DNA of 64,000 bases from an uncultured Candidatus Micrarchaeota archaeon (GCA_963791815.1 CAWBTT010000002.1:472086-536085), one strand, 5' to 3'; counted from the stretch's first letter, positions 38,457-49,070 are shown. The notes: generated from the letters alone by a model not told the origin. Program-made: numbers and translations.

Positions 38457-38936
38457 ATGACTGTGCTTAGATTCGGTTCACAACCTGCGCCAACTCGCAG
38501 TGTGAGCCAGCTTAAGGAAACTTACGAGCTGCTTCGAACAACACTCAAAGGAAAACGAATCATGTCTGTGACTGAAGCCAGATATCTTGAGACTGAGCGC
38601 CGGCTCTTTGCCAAGATGGCCGAGCGGTTGGAACTAGGTGCGGATGTGGTTTCCTATTCGCAATTCATGGAAAATCCAAAATCTTTGGAAGCAGACATCA
38701 TATTGCTAAGAACGTCCAAACTCTTTGTGGTTTGTTTACCCGAGATTCTTGGTGCTCTTGAAGAATTCCGCAGGAAAAACTCTGGCAGCGCAATCATAGC
38801 ATCAGTACTTGACCACAATGCATTCGATGTTCTCACATCAAGGCCAGATTTGGTCAACATGGTTGATGCCGGCGCCGCTACAAACGACCACGAACTTCTG
38901 CGCAAAGGGGCAGAGGTTCTTGAGCGCATATCGTAA
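38457..38936 (+). CDS. Hypothetical protein, possible degenerate receiver domain
   Basis: KRIMSV..ADIILLR..LEEFRRKN..AIIAS pattern. Confidence 0.5.
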   Translation: MTVLRFGSQPAPTRSVSQLKETYELLRTTLKGKRIMSVTEARYLETERRLFAKMAERLELGADVVSYSQFMENPKSLEADIILLRTSKLFVVCLPEILGALEEFRRKNSGSAIIASVLDHNAFDVLTSRPDLVNMVDAGAATNDHELLRKGAEVLERIS

Positions 38937-38973
38937 GCTTTTAATGCTGTTGCGACATGATTACTCCCTAATT

Positions 38974-39046
38974 GGGCTCGTAGTCGAATGGTTAAGACGT
39001 TACCTTGACATGGTAAAGATTCCCAGTTCGATCCTGGGCGGGCCCA
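38974..39046 (+). tRNA. tRNA-Val (GAC)
   Basis: GGGCTCG/CGGGCCC acceptor stem, TTACC-TTGACAT-GGTAA anticodon arm, CCCAG-TTCGATC-CTGGG T arm; CCA not encoded. Confidence 0.96.
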
Positions 39047-39067
39047 TTCTGTTTTTCGGGGGAAAAG

Positions 39068-39652
39068 ATGAAACTTGTTGAACTTTCCGTGCGGATAGAT
39101 GAGAACACTTCGGTTTATCCAGGCGACCCAAAACCCAAAATAGAGCGTACTGAGACCTTAGAGACAGTTGGCTGGAATGTCAAACGTTTCACTTTCAATT
39201 CTCACTTCGCAACCCACATCGATGCCCCATATCACATGCTGAAAGATGGAAAGAAACTGGATGGGCTTCCTCTTGAGACATTTGCCGGAGCCGGCGTTAT
39301 TCTGGATGCATGCAAACCAAAACTCTCACTTGTAAAAGAGGGGGATATCGTCTTCTTCTGCACCTGCAACGAAGTTGAGCAGGAATATTATGAGGATAAA
39401 CTTGCAATCACAAAGGAAACCGCGCAGGCACTTGTGAATAAGAAAATCAAGATGGTAGGGTTTGATTTACCGGGGCCCGATTTTCCGCCATATGAATTGC
39501 ACACCCTTTTCTTCAAAAACAACATTCCAATCGTGGAGAATCTTGTGAACCTGAAAAAACTAATCAACACCCGCTGCAAACTCTTTGCGCTTCCTCTTTT
39601 CATAAGGGATTCTGACGGGGCGCCATGCAGGGCAATAGCGGTTCTTGACTAA
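39068..39652 (+). CDS. Cyclase family (kynurenine formamidase-like) protein
   Basis: YPGDP, HFATHIDAPYH, IVENL, DGAPCRA. Confidence 0.9.
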   Translation: MKLVELSVRIDENTSVYPGDPKPKIERTETLETVGWNVKRFTFNSHFATHIDAPYHMLKDGKKLDGLPLETFAGAGVILDACKPKLSLVKEGDIVFFCTCNEVEQEYYEDKLAITKETAQALVNKKIKMVGFDLPGPDFPPYELHTLFFKNNIPIVENLVNLKKLINTRCKLFALPLFIRDSDGAPCRAIAVLD

Positions 39653-40335
39653 CTCATATAGAATTCTCTTTTCTTCTTGCTGAATTTCTCAATTGCGTAT
39701 CTGAGCATAGTGCGCGGCATCTTCTTGAAGTGTTTTTTGAGGAACTTTTCTTCCTCATCCTGGTCTTTTTTGCCAACTTCCCTGAGCATCCATCCTACTG
39801 CCTTGTGGATTAAATCATGTTCATCATTAAGGAGCATCTCAGATATCTTCAACGTGTCAGCAAAATCGCCATCTCGGATAAATGCATATGTTGAAACAAT
39901 CGCTATCCTTCTTTCCCAGAGATTTTTCGACCTTGCCAATTTTTTCAGAATTGCCCGGTTCTTCTTGAGCAAATGGGCCCCGACAACCTTTGGGGCAGAG
40001 AGGTCAACCAAATCCCAGTTGTTTACTTTCCTGGCATTTTGCAAATAGAACTCAAAGATTCTCTTTTGTTCCTTTTCATCTCCTTTGGGGTATTTCTCAA
40101 CAAGCACCAGGAGCGCGGCGAGCCTGTGCTCATGGATTTTGCTGTTCAGTAGTTTCTGCAATTCAACTAGTTTCAGGTCCTTGTGCTTCTTCGCAACCCT
40201 TCTGGTTTCCGGGACCACGACTCCAAGAAAAACATCTCCCTCTCCATATTCCCCCGTTCCTGTTTTGAAAAACCGCGAGAGCACCTTTGCCTTTTCCGGA
40301 TTCCCAAGTTCCTTGAGGTCCTTTTCAATCTGCAT
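39649..40335 (-). CDS. DNA alkylation repair protein (AlkD-like)
   Basis: GEYGEGD, NNWDLVD, KAVGWMLRE, PRTMLRYAIE. Confidence 0.9.
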   Translation of the reverse strand: MQIEKDLKELGNPEKAKVLSRFFKTGTGEYGEGDVFLGVVVPETRRVAKKHKDLKLVELQKLLNSKIHEHRLAALLVLVEKYPKGDEKEQKRIFEFYLQNARKVNNWDLVDLSAPKVVGAHLLKKNRAILKKLARSKNLWERRIAIVSTYAFIRDGDFADTLKISEMLLNDEHDLIHKAVGWMLREVGKKDQDEEEKFLKKHFKKMPRTMLRYAIEKFSKKKREFYMS

Positions 40336-40475
40336 GCTCTCCTTTCCACTGCCCGTTTTATAATTATTTCAGTGGTATTTTGTCAAAAAACATGCATTTA
40401 TAATAAGTTCTGGACATATGATAATATGAGCTCAACGCGGCTCGCATTGACCAACCCACCGAATTTTCGCCAATA

Positions 40476-42080
40476 TTAGCGGGTCGCGCTTTTCTTGCAT
40501 GCTTTAATGAACTCCACAATTATTGGCGCGGGGGCATCTAACCTGCTTTTCAATTCAATATGCGCTTGTGTAGCAATTCCAAATCCGCCTTTCCATTCTG
40601 CAATCTCAACAACATTGTTCTTTGGGTGGACTCCGGAGATTACGAGCCCTTTCTCTTCAAGCTGCGCAACATATTCCGGATTGACTTCATATCTGTGCCT
40701 GTGCCGTTCTGAAATCATCTTTTCCCCATATGCCCTTGCTGCTATCGTGTTTTCCTTAACAACACAATCATATGCCCCGAGCCTCATGGTTCCCCCTTTC
40801 TTAGAAATCTGCTGCTGCTCAGGAAGTATATCAATCACTGGGTGCTCTGCTTTCTTGTCAAACTCTGTTGAATATGCTTTTCCAAACCCGCAGACATTCC
40901 TTGCATACTCAATCACCATGAGCTGCACTCCAAGGCACAGCCCGACAAATGGGACACTGTTCTTTCTTGCATACTCGATTGCGCGGATTTTCCCCTCAAT
41001 TCCCCGTGTTCCAAATCCGCCTGGAATTACAATTCCATCATACTCAGAAAGGGTTGGGACAACACTGTCCATATTCTCAAGGTCGCTTCCCTCAAGCCAG
41101 CCTATCTCCAACCCGCAGTTTTCTGCTGCGGCGCTGTGCACAAGGGCTTCCTTTACACTCACATAAGCGTCTTTGACAGCAGTGTACTTTCCAACAATCG
41201 CTATTTTGATTGGTTTCTCTTTTGGCCTGACAATCTTGTTAACTCTCTTTTGCCATTCCTTTAGTTCTCCTTCCTTGTCTTTCAGGCCAAGAACTTTGGC
41301 AAGCTGGGAATACATGCCCTGTTTTTCCAGGACAAGCGGAAGTTCATAAACAGTCTGCAGCATCGGGTCATCAAACACCGCCTCTTCAGGAACATTGCAG
41401 TAAGTGCTGATTTTTTTCCTCGATTCTGCCGTAAGTTTTTCCTGCTCCCTGCACACAATAATGTCTGGCTGGATTCCAAGGCTTTGGAGCAGCCTTGTTG
41501 CGTGCTGTGTAGGTTTCGTCTTCTGTTCGCCCGGGCTCAGGCTCGGGACATAAGTTAGCTGAATAAACGCCATATTGTCCTGCTCAAAATTCATCTGCCT
41601 CATCGCTTCAATGAAATATCCGTTTTCTAAATCTCCAACTGTTCCGCCGATTTCAATCAGTCCGATGTCAGCCCCCTCGGTTGCCACTGCTATCCTTTTC
41701 TTGATTTCTTCAGTTAGGTGCGGTACAATCTGGACATCCCTGCCAAGGTAATCTCCCTTTCTTTCCTTCTCTATTATTGTCTTGAACAGTTTTCCTCCGG
41801 TAATCGATGAAGTTCCTTCTATCGACTGGTTGAGGAATCTCTCATAAGTGCCGAAATCCATGTCTACTTCAGTTCCGTCATCAAGGACAAACACCTCGCC
41901 GTGGCGGAATGGGTTCATGGTTCCGCAGTCCACATTCAGGTACCCGTCAAACTTGATTGGCACTACCTTGTAGCCTCTTGCTTTCAGAAGCCGCGCGATA
42001 GAAGAAGAAACAATGCCTTTTCCCAAGCCGGACATGATGGAACCGGCAATTACAATGAACTTAGTCTTTTTCTCAGGCAT
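40476..42080 (-). CDS. pyrG: CTP synthase
   Basis: SGLGKG, HGEVFV, KTKPTQH, GGFGTRG, GLCLG, RHRHRYE. Confidence 0.96.
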   Translation of the reverse strand: MPEKKTKFIVIAGSIMSGLGKGIVSSSIARLLKARGYKVVPIKFDGYLNVDCGTMNPFRHGEVFVLDDGTEVDMDFGTYERFLNQSIEGTSSITGGKLFKTIIEKERKGDYLGRDVQIVPHLTEEIKKRIAVATEGADIGLIEIGGTVGDLENGYFIEAMRQMNFEQDNMAFIQLTYVPSLSPGEQKTKPTQHATRLLQSLGIQPDIIVCREQEKLTAESRKKISTYCNVPEEAVFDDPMLQTVYELPLVLEKQGMYSQLAKVLGLKDKEGELKEWQKRVNKIVRPKEKPIKIAIVGKYTAVKDAYVSVKEALVHSAAAENCGLEIGWLEGSDLENMDSVVPTLSEYDGIVIPGGFGTRGIEGKIRAIEYARKNSVPFVGLCLGVQLMVIEYARNVCGFGKAYSTEFDKKAEHPVIDILPEQQQISKKGGTMRLGAYDCVVKENTIAARAYGEKMISERHRHRYEVNPEYVAQLEEKGLVISGVHPKNNVVEIAEWKGGFGIATQAHIELKSRLDAPAPIIVEFIKACKKSATR

Positions 42081-42131
42081 AGGAAAACTGTGACGGATAG
42101 TGTTTTTAAACTTAACAACGTCCCCCTATGC

Positions 42132-43196
42132 ATGGCAAGGAAAAGGTCTGACAAAACAGGGCTCCCGCCAGGAACCCCAGTTCTCACCGATGATGATACT
42201 GAGCCCTCAAGAATCACTATCCTTGACTATGACCCAAAAGATTTCACTGAGTTTGAGCCCAAAACCGTGGACGAATTCCTTGAGCACATGAAAAAGAAGA
42301 AAAGCGTCACCTGGGTCAATGTGGACGGGCTCAAAGATACTGCAATGCTCCAGAAGCTCTGCGAGGAATTCAACATCCACCCCCTTGTTCTTGAAGACAT
42401 TCTCGCGACCGACCAGCGGCCAAAGGTCGAGGACTATGGGGATTATCTTTACATAGTCACACGCATGCTTGATTTCGATAAAAGAAAAAAACGCATCTCA
42501 TCTGAACAGATTAGCATCATACTCACACCAACATTTGTCATATCCATCCAGGAGAAAAAGGGCGACATATTCGACTCAATAAGAAACCAAATCCGCAACA
42601 ACAAGGGCAAACTGAGGAAAACTGGCCCTGACTTCCTTGCATACTCTATCCTGGACCGCACCGTTGACCATTATTTCATAATACTCGAACAGCTCGGCGA
42701 ACGCATAGAGTTCATGGAGGAGGAGCTTGTGCGCTCTCCAACCCCAAAAACCTTGCACCAGATTCACCGCATGAAAAGGGACATGGTGATGCTCCGAAAA
42801 TCCGTCTGGCCAATGAGGGAGCTTGTCAGCGGCCTTGAGCGCGAGGGCCGTGGAAGCTCCAAGCTCATCAAGAAAGGGACAGCGATTTACCTGCGCGATT
42901 TATACGACCACACAATCCAGGTGATTGATACTATCGAGACATACAGGGACATAGTCTCAGGAATGCTTGACATATATCTCTCCAGCATCAGCTACCGGCT
43001 TAATGAGGTCATGAAAGTTCTCACCATAATCGGAACAATCTTCATCCCGCTCACTTTCGTGACCGGGCTTTACGGTATGAATTTCCAGTTCATGCCTGAG
43101 CTTTCGCATCCGCTCGGATACCCGGCGGTGCTCATCATAATGCTTATTTTGGGCATACTTATGCTCATCTTCTTCAAGCGAAAGAAATGGTTCTGA
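42132..43196 (+). CDS. corA: Magnesium/cobalt transporter CorA
   Basis: GLPPG, HPLVLEDI, QRPK, YGMNF. Confidence 0.95.
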   Translation: MARKRSDKTGLPPGTPVLTDDDTEPSRITILDYDPKDFTEFEPKTVDEFLEHMKKKKSVTWVNVDGLKDTAMLQKLCEEFNIHPLVLEDILATDQRPKVEDYGDYLYIVTRMLDFDKRKKRISSEQISIILTPTFVISIQEKKGDIFDSIRNQIRNNKGKLRKTGPDFLAYSILDRTVDHYFIILEQLGERIEFMEEELVRSPTPKTLHQIHRMKRDMVMLRKSVWPMRELVSGLEREGRGSSKLIKKGTAIYLRDLYDHTIQVIDTIETYRDIVSGMLDIYLSSISYRLNEVMKVLTIIGTIFIPLTFVTGLYGMNFQFMPELSHPLGYPAVLIIMLILGILMLIFFKRKKWF

Positions 43197-43226
43197 AGGG
43201 AAAACGATATAAATCTCAGGGCAGTC

Positions 43227-44177
43227 GTGAATGGTATGCTTCAAAGGATATTCTTTCTCCTGATTCTGGTCGCCATCACGGGGGCCACTTGGTTCATATC
43301 ACAGCAGTACCCGCACCCGATGCTTGATAGCGCCATCAATACCCTTATGGCCCTCGCGATTCTCTACCTCGTATTCAAGGTAGTGCTTGACAAAGCGGTC
43401 GCCGACAAGCTTGACGATGCCAAGCTTCGCTATTCATTCCGCAAAGCTGTCTCCTTCGCATACATCGTCGTCCTTTTCATAGCGATTATAACGATTTGGA
43501 TACCGAATCCCGAAGCGCTCCTAGTCGCATACGGTCTCATGGCAGCAGGGATAGCAGTCGCGCTTTCCGATTTGTTCAAGAACCTTGCAGGGGGCATAAT
43601 CATTTTCTTCACAAGGCCGTTCACTGTGGGGGACAGGATTGAAATCAACAAAGAGTTCGGCGATGTGATTGATGTAGATTTGATGTACACCACCCTGATG
43701 GAAATCCGCGAATGGGTGGACGGGGACCAGGCCACAGGACGGCTGAACATAGTCCCAAACGGGCTGATTCTCACATCTGTAGTAAACAACTACACAAAGG
43801 ACAACCAGTTCATCTGGGACGAGATTACGATACCGGTCACATATGATAGTGATTGGAAAGCGGCCTCAAAACTCATGCTTGATGCGGTGAAGGGCGAAAC
43901 CGGGGATATAATCAAACAGTCCACAAAGGAATTCTCCCACCTCAAGGAAAAGTACTACCTGCAGAAAAAACCCGCCGAGCCCGGAGTTTTCGTTAAAATC
44001 ACTGACAACTGGATTCAGCTGGCTGTCCGTTATATGACCCCTGCCCGCTCAAGGCGCGCCCTGCACAACAAGCTGAGCAACATCATGCTGAACAAGATTG
44101 AGAAATCCAAGAAAATCACGGTGGCATCAGCAACTTATGAGATTGTTGGCATGCCTGAAATCCGGATGAAGAAGTGA
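43227..44177 (+). CDS. mscS: Small-conductance mechanosensitive channel
   Basis: NLAGG, PFTVGDRIEI, VPNG. Confidence 0.9.
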   Translation: MNGMLQRIFFLLILVAITGATWFISQQYPHPMLDSAINTLMALAILYLVFKVVLDKAVADKLDDAKLRYSFRKAVSFAYIVVLFIAIITIWIPNPEALLVAYGLMAAGIAVALSDLFKNLAGGIIIFFTRPFTVGDRIEINKEFGDVIDVDLMYTTLMEIREWVDGDQATGRLNIVPNGLILTSVVNNYTKDNQFIWDEITIPVTYDSDWKAASKLMLDAVKGETGDIIKQSTKEFSHLKEKYYLQKKPAEPGVFVKITDNWIQLAVRYMTPARSRRALHNKLSNIMLNKIEKSKKITVASATYEIVGMPEIRMKK

Positions 44178-44181
44178 AGCG

Positions 44182-45150
44182 ATGCTCTTAGAACTCGGCA
44201 TTCTTCTCTTTTCCATTGCCGTTCTTTCTAAGGCCTCAGAGATGGTCATCACAAGCTCGGTCCGGCTCTCACGTTTCTTCAACATAAGCCAGGTTGCTGT
44301 CGGCTTCCTCATGGTCGCTGTTGCAACCAGCCTTCCAGAGCTCTCAGTGTCAGTCACATCATCTTTGGCTGGGGAGGGCGCAATATCCGCAGGAAACGTG
44401 TTCGGTTCAAATATTGCGAACATCCTTGTGATACTGGGCGCCGGGGCATTCCTTTACGGGATGAAAATCAACCGCTCCAGCCTCAAGGACATCGCGGCGG
44501 TTCTGCTCCTGACGACCCTTATCTCGATTTACATAATCTTTGGCGCCTCGGTCTCATCTGTCCCATTGGGGATATTGGAGGGCGCAGTCCTCCTCATCCT
44601 ATTCGCAGTTTATGTCTGGTGGGTGCTCAAGCGAAAGAAAAGTTTCAACGGAAGTTCAAAAACACCAATAACAAAGAAACAGGCTTTGAATTCTTTCCTG
44701 CATTTTGGCATCGGGATATTCCTTGTAATAGTCAGTTCTGCCTTCGCAGTTGACGCGGCCGTTACGCTTGCGGTTTCGCTCGGGCTCGCGCAGAGTTTCA
44801 TCGGCGCAACCCTGATTGCCATGGGCACTTCGCTTCCTGAACTTAGCACAGCGCTCCAAGCCCTTAGGAAAAAGCACTACGGCCTTGTCCTTGGCAACGC
44901 GGTTGGGAGCAACATGGCCAATATCACGGTTGTCCTTGGCGTGGCAGCATCGATAAATCCAATATCAGTGAAAATCCCCATATTCATCGCGGCGCTGCTC
45001 TTTGCAATAGTTGCAAATTCAATCCTTTTCTATTCGGCAGCAGTCAACCGCGGGATTGGCAAGTTCGGCGGAGCAGTCTACCTGCTTATCTATGCGGTAT
45101 ATATTATCGTGATATTCGGCCTGCAGGCAACTGAGGCAGGTGTCGTTTAA
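44182..45150 (+). CDS. Na+/Ca2+ antiporter (CaCA/YrbG)
   Basis: Two alpha repeats: TSLPE..GNVFGSN and TSLPE..GNAVGSN. Confidence 0.93.
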   Translation: MLLELGILLFSIAVLSKASEMVITSSVRLSRFFNISQVAVGFLMVAVATSLPELSVSVTSSLAGEGAISAGNVFGSNIANILVILGAGAFLYGMKINRSSLKDIAAVLLLTTLISIYIIFGASVSSVPLGILEGAVLLILFAVYVWWVLKRKKSFNGSSKTPITKKQALNSFLHFGIGIFLVIVSSAFAVDAAVTLAVSLGLAQSFIGATLIAMGTSLPELSTALQALRKKHYGLVLGNAVGSNMANITVVLGVAASINPISVKIPIFIAALLFAIVANSILFYSAAVNRGIGKFGGAVYLLIYAVYIIVIFGLQATEAGVV

Positions 45151-45176
45151 AACAGTTCAAACAACAAGGGAAAGTT

Positions 45177-45932
45177 ATGGAGGAGGAAGGACTACAGTGC
45201 TTTGTTTGCTCAAGAAGAACAACGGACCCCTACTATGTGAACGGGGTTCCCCTCTGCTCAACCTGCAGCACTCAGAAATCTGCAGAGGCTGAGAAGAGAT
45301 ACTGCAGCCGATGCACCGCATCTTCGGCCAACTCCATCATCCTTTACACCCAATACGGGCTGCTTTGCTCAACCTGCCGCTCAGAAGTTCGTGCTGTGGA
45401 GAAACCAACAGAATCGGTTCGTTTGCGCAGGCTTCTCAATGGGGCAATAGTCAAATTCTACAAGAATGGTAGGGAAGACGATTACCACGAGGAGCAATCT
45501 TCATTGCCGCTTATGCAGACTGCGGTGCACATTGCCCTGATTATCGCGCTCGTAGTTCTGCCTGTTTTTTCTGTTAACCCGCTCATCTTAGCTCTTGAAC
45601 TCAGCATCGTCATCGCCCTTGTTCTTCTTCTCGTTTCATTCCTATGGATAAGAATCAAAATCTATGATGATGAAATCCGCTGCCTCTACGGCCCATTCAC
45701 ATACTCGATAAACAAGTGCGACCTTGAGCAGGTTGAAATCATCACTCCGCAAAACTACCTTGCCTATGGAATGATGATTAGAAGGAATCCGCATGGGTGG
45801 GTCTTGAAATTCATCCGCGGCCCAGGCCCTGGGATATTAATCAGAAAGAAATCCGGCCTCTTCCGCTCAGTTTTCATCAGCAGCAGCGACCCTGTGAACC
45901 TGCTGCAGAAAATCGCGAAGAAGCTCTGTTAG
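45177..45932 (+). CDS. Double Zn-finger, two-TM, bPH-like protein
   Basis: CFVC..CSTC and CSRC..CSTC; two TMs; YG..GPGILI..VFISSSDP tail. Confidence 0.65.
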   Translation: MEEEGLQCFVCSRRTTDPYYVNGVPLCSTCSTQKSAEAEKRYCSRCTASSANSIILYTQYGLLCSTCRSEVRAVEKPTESVRLRRLLNGAIVKFYKNGREDDYHEEQSSLPLMQTAVHIALIIALVVLPVFSVNPLILALELSIVIALVLLLVSFLWIRIKIYDDEIRCLYGPFTYSINKCDLEQVEIITPQNYLAYGMMIRRNPHGWVLKFIRGPGPGILIRKKSGLFRSVFISSSDPVNLLQKIAKKLC

Positions 45933-45970
45933 CCGTCTCCATTTTAATATCTTATCCGGTTATTTCTTTT

Positions 45971-47704
45971 ATGTCGGTAAAAGTTTTATTTTCATTATCC
46001 ATAGTTTTGATTTTTCTTCTTGGCTGCGTTTCAGCACCTCCAGAAGATGTTTCGCCGCGTGACCTTGAAATCCGCATAAATAATGGCAAGGCCGCAACTG
46101 CCTCAGCAGATGTCCAGCTTTCCCTTTTCGCGCGCCACGCTGCTGACTGCCGCATCTCAAATGATGGTTCTTCTTGGGGTCCATGGGAGAGTTACTCAAT
46201 TGACAAATCCTGGACACTTGATGGCGCGGATGGCCTGAAGCAGGTCTTCTACCAGTGCCGCAACTCTGCAGGAGAACTCTCATCAACAGTATCAGAATCA
46301 ATAGAGCTTGACTCAACACACCCAACAATATCGCTCTCGAGCCCCGAATCCGGAAAAACATATTACAACTCTGTTGAGCTTGCATTCAATGTGAGCGACC
46401 CTGCCTCAGACACGGTTAAGTGCAGCGCAACCATCGGAAACACGGTGCAGGAACTTGGCATCCTTCATACTGACAAGCCGCAGAGCGTCCTGATTAGCCT
46501 TTCTACGGGTGAAAAATCATTATCACTCACCTGCAGCGATGGCGTCCACTCAACATCGAAAAACATTTCATTTACAATGAAAAAGAAGCCCGTGGTCACA
46601 GTCCGTATCAATGGCGGCTCTGATTATACCGAGAGCAAAAACGTTACATTGGACTTGAGTTCGGCAACTGCAACCGAGTGCCGTTTCTCAAGAGGCCAAA
46701 CACAATGGAGCAACTGGGAGCCCTATACTGGAAGCGCCGCTTGGATTCTCAAGGGCAATGACGGAAACAAGAGGGCATATGCCCAGTGCCGCGATTCAAA
46801 CGGCATCGAATCTGAAATCGCAGAAGACACAATAATCCTCGATACCCAGCCTCCGCCCTACATTTCGCTAAGCATAAACAACCACGCGGCCTGGACTTTC
46901 TCGCAGGATGTGGCTCTTGGACTTTATGCATATTCTGCCAAGGAATGCAGATTCTCAAACGACGGCCAAAGCTGGAGTGCCTGGGAGGCATACTCGACAA
47001 AGAAAACCTGGAAGCTAACCGACGGCGAAGGGGAGAAAACAGTCCATTATGAGTGCAGGAACAAAAGCGGGGGCGATTTGGGCATAGTCTCAACAAAGAT
47101 TAACTACTCGACAATTCCCCCCACTTCTCCATCTGCATTGAGCATCCAAATAAACAACGGCGAGGAATACACATCCTCGGAAAACATGCAGCTTTCTCTG
47201 AGTGCTGCCGGCGCGTTTGAATGCCGGCTTCGCGAAGGCAGCCTGGACTGGAGCGCCTGGGAAAATTTTGTTGATGCAAAGACATTCAAGATTACTGGAA
47301 ACGACGGGGCAAAGACAATCTACTACCAGTGCAGGAACAGCCACGGAAGCACAACCGTCTTTGACCGCATCTATCTGGACAGGGGCGCACCCTCACAGGT
47401 TAAAAGCCTGAAAGCAGCTGCAAGTCCGTATTCTGTTGTACTTAGCTGGGGAGCAGCCTCTGATTCTGGAAGCGGCATCGAGTCCTACTCGGTTTTCAGG
47501 AAAGTGGACAGTGCATGGAAGTGGATTGGTTCTGTTTCAGGCCTTAGTTTCAAGGATGAGGGGGTAGTGTCAGGAGAATCTTACGAATATAGGGTGGGCG
47601 CTCTTGATTACAACCGAAACGCTGGCTCATTCTCCGAGGTGAATGTGCAGGTTCCTGTTGAAGGCGAAAGTGGTATTTTGCGAGTATCCGGCGAGCCTTC
47701 TTGA
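45971..47704 (+). CDS. Surface lipoprotein with four tandem Ig-like repeats and C-terminal FN3-like domain
   Basis: LLGC; repeated INNG..A.ECR..W..WE..DG.K..QCRN; LSW..YEYRVGA. Confidence 0.8.
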   Translation: MSVKVLFSLSIVLIFLLGCVSAPPEDVSPRDLEIRINNGKAATASADVQLSLFARHAADCRISNDGSSWGPWESYSIDKSWTLDGADGLKQVFYQCRNSAGELSSTVSESIELDSTHPTISLSSPESGKTYYNSVELAFNVSDPASDTVKCSATIGNTVQELGILHTDKPQSVLISLSTGEKSLSLTCSDGVHSTSKNISFTMKKKPVVTVRINGGSDYTESKNVTLDLSSATATECRFSRGQTQWSNWEPYTGSAAWILKGNDGNKRAYAQCRDSNGIESEIAEDTIILDTQPPPYISLSINNHAAWTFSQDVALGLYAYSAKECRFSNDGQSWSAWEAYSTKKTWKLTDGEGEKTVHYECRNKSGGDLGIVSTKINYSTIPPTSPSALSIQINNGEEYTSSENMQLSLSAAGAFECRLREGSLDWSAWENFVDAKTFKITGNDGAKTIYYQCRNSHGSTTVFDRIYLDRGAPSQVKSLKAAASPYSVVLSWGAASDSGSGIESYSVFRKVDSAWKWIGSVSGLSFKDEGVVSGESYEYRVGALDYNRNAGSFSEVNVQVPVEGESGILRVSGEPS

Positions 47705-47745
47705 TTAAAGTGGGGGCTACTTTCCAAAAGGCAATCTCCTGAGGA

Positions 47746-48435
47746 TTAGATTCTGTTCAAAGACTCTTTGATGTCCTCAACAGACATCCTGGTCACAATC
47801 ATCGGGATTCTCTCCCGGTCAGAAATTTTCATGGCCAGTTTGTCCACCTTATCCGGCTCAATATTATGCAATACAATTGCAGAAGGCTTTGAAGGACTGA
47901 CCCTTACGACTACGAACGGGCTCCTCCCAGTTGAAATCCCGGTGAAGATGAAAACCCTCTGGTTGACATTGCCATAAAGGTTCTGGAAATATGAGAATGG
48001 CATATCAAGAATCACCTTGATGCTGTCTATCAAAGTATATCCATAGATTTTCTTAGCCTCAAGTATGTCTGCGTTTGTCAGAACTTTGCCCCCAATCAGT
48101 TCAACAAAATCTTTCAGCGAAATCGACCTTGCAAACTCATGCACTTCGAAATATTCGCTGACTGGCTTCTCCTTCTCCCTGAACTTGGATGCGATGTGCC
48201 CGCCCTTTGTCTGGTCAATATCAAAAAGGGCCATGACAAATCTTCTCACTACATGGGTTCCAGGGGATTTCCTCCTGTTGCCTTCGTAGTCGCTGATAGT
48301 AGAAACAGTGATTCCAAGATGCTTTGCAAGTTCTACTTGTGAAATGCTGAATATCTCTCTCCACTTCCTCATGGTCGCCCCTGGGTCATCTGAGAGTGAA
48401 ATTTCGCCCGCAATCTCCATCTTTATTTTTTCCAT
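47746..48435 (-). CDS. XRE-HTH transcriptional regulator (archaeal COG1709-like)
   Basis: IAGEI, MRKWRE, ISDYEG, STGRSP. Confidence 0.88.
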   Translation of the reverse strand: MEKIKMEIAGEISLSDDPGATMRKWREIFSISQVELAKHLGITVSTISDYEGNRRKSPGTHVVRRFVMALFDIDQTKGGHIASKFREKEKPVSEYFEVHEFARSISLKDFVELIGGKVLTNADILEAKKIYGYTLIDSIKVILDMPFSYFQNLYGNVNQRVFIFTGISTGRSPFVVVRVSPSKPSAIVLHNIEPDKVDKLAMKISDRERIPMIVTRMSVEDIKESLNRI

Positions 48436-48548
48436 TGCAACCTTACTTTTCCTCTAAACTCTTAAATAGATTCCGTCTATTGCCAACCTCCCCTTCGGCA
48501 TTCTGCGTCATGACTAAGGATTAAAAACCAAATAGCCAAGAGTAGTCC

Positions 48549-49016
48549 ATGGCATATGATATCATAGGGGACTTCTTCAGCATCATCAGCATTGAGCTCT
48601 TTGACACAGCCTCAATTCTGCTCATAATCTCATACATACTCTGGGAAGCCCCCCGCTCACTCCAATTGCTATCCGAAGAATTCACCAAGGAGCTTTATCC
48701 TGAGCACGGACGCCTGGTTGATATCACACTGCTAGTCATAGGAGTTATCGCACTCCTTCTTTTCATGATGGATGCGCAGAAAATCGTGACATATCTCAAA
48801 ACCCCCGGAGTCATTTCATTCTATCTTGTCATACTCACAGTGCTTCCACTGATACTTCTCCTGGGATTCGTCCAGAGGTTCTTTGGGAGAATGGACGCGG
48901 GCAAATCAGTTTCCATTTTCCTCACTCAGGGCTTCCTTGACCTTGCGCACACTATTTTCTACATCAGTTTTGCCTTACTAGTCATTCCGGCAACTGGTTA
49001 TCTTGTTCTCGGATAG
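48549..49016 (+). CDS. Hypothetical membrane protein
   Basis: Four TMs. Confidence 0.7.
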   Translation: MAYDIIGDFFSIISIELFDTASILLIISYILWEAPRSLQLLSEEFTKELYPEHGRLVDITLLVIGVIALLLFMMDAQKIVTYLKTPGVISFYLVILTVLPLILLLGFVQRFFGRMDAGKSVSIFLTQGFLDLAHTIFYISFALLVIPATGYLVLG

Positions 49017-49070
49017 CTGCTGGTCAAGGTTATAAAGTTTTCTTTTCTAACTTTCTCTGGTGATCATAAA

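Noticed and set aside
38936..39652. Integrated element at tRNA-Val
   Set aside because: No integrase and no duplicated tRNA end noticed in the window
40418..40465. Possible C/D-like sRNA (ATGATAA...CCGA) between alkD and pyrG
   Set aside because: Internal boxes and guide spacing are not convincing; no terminal stem
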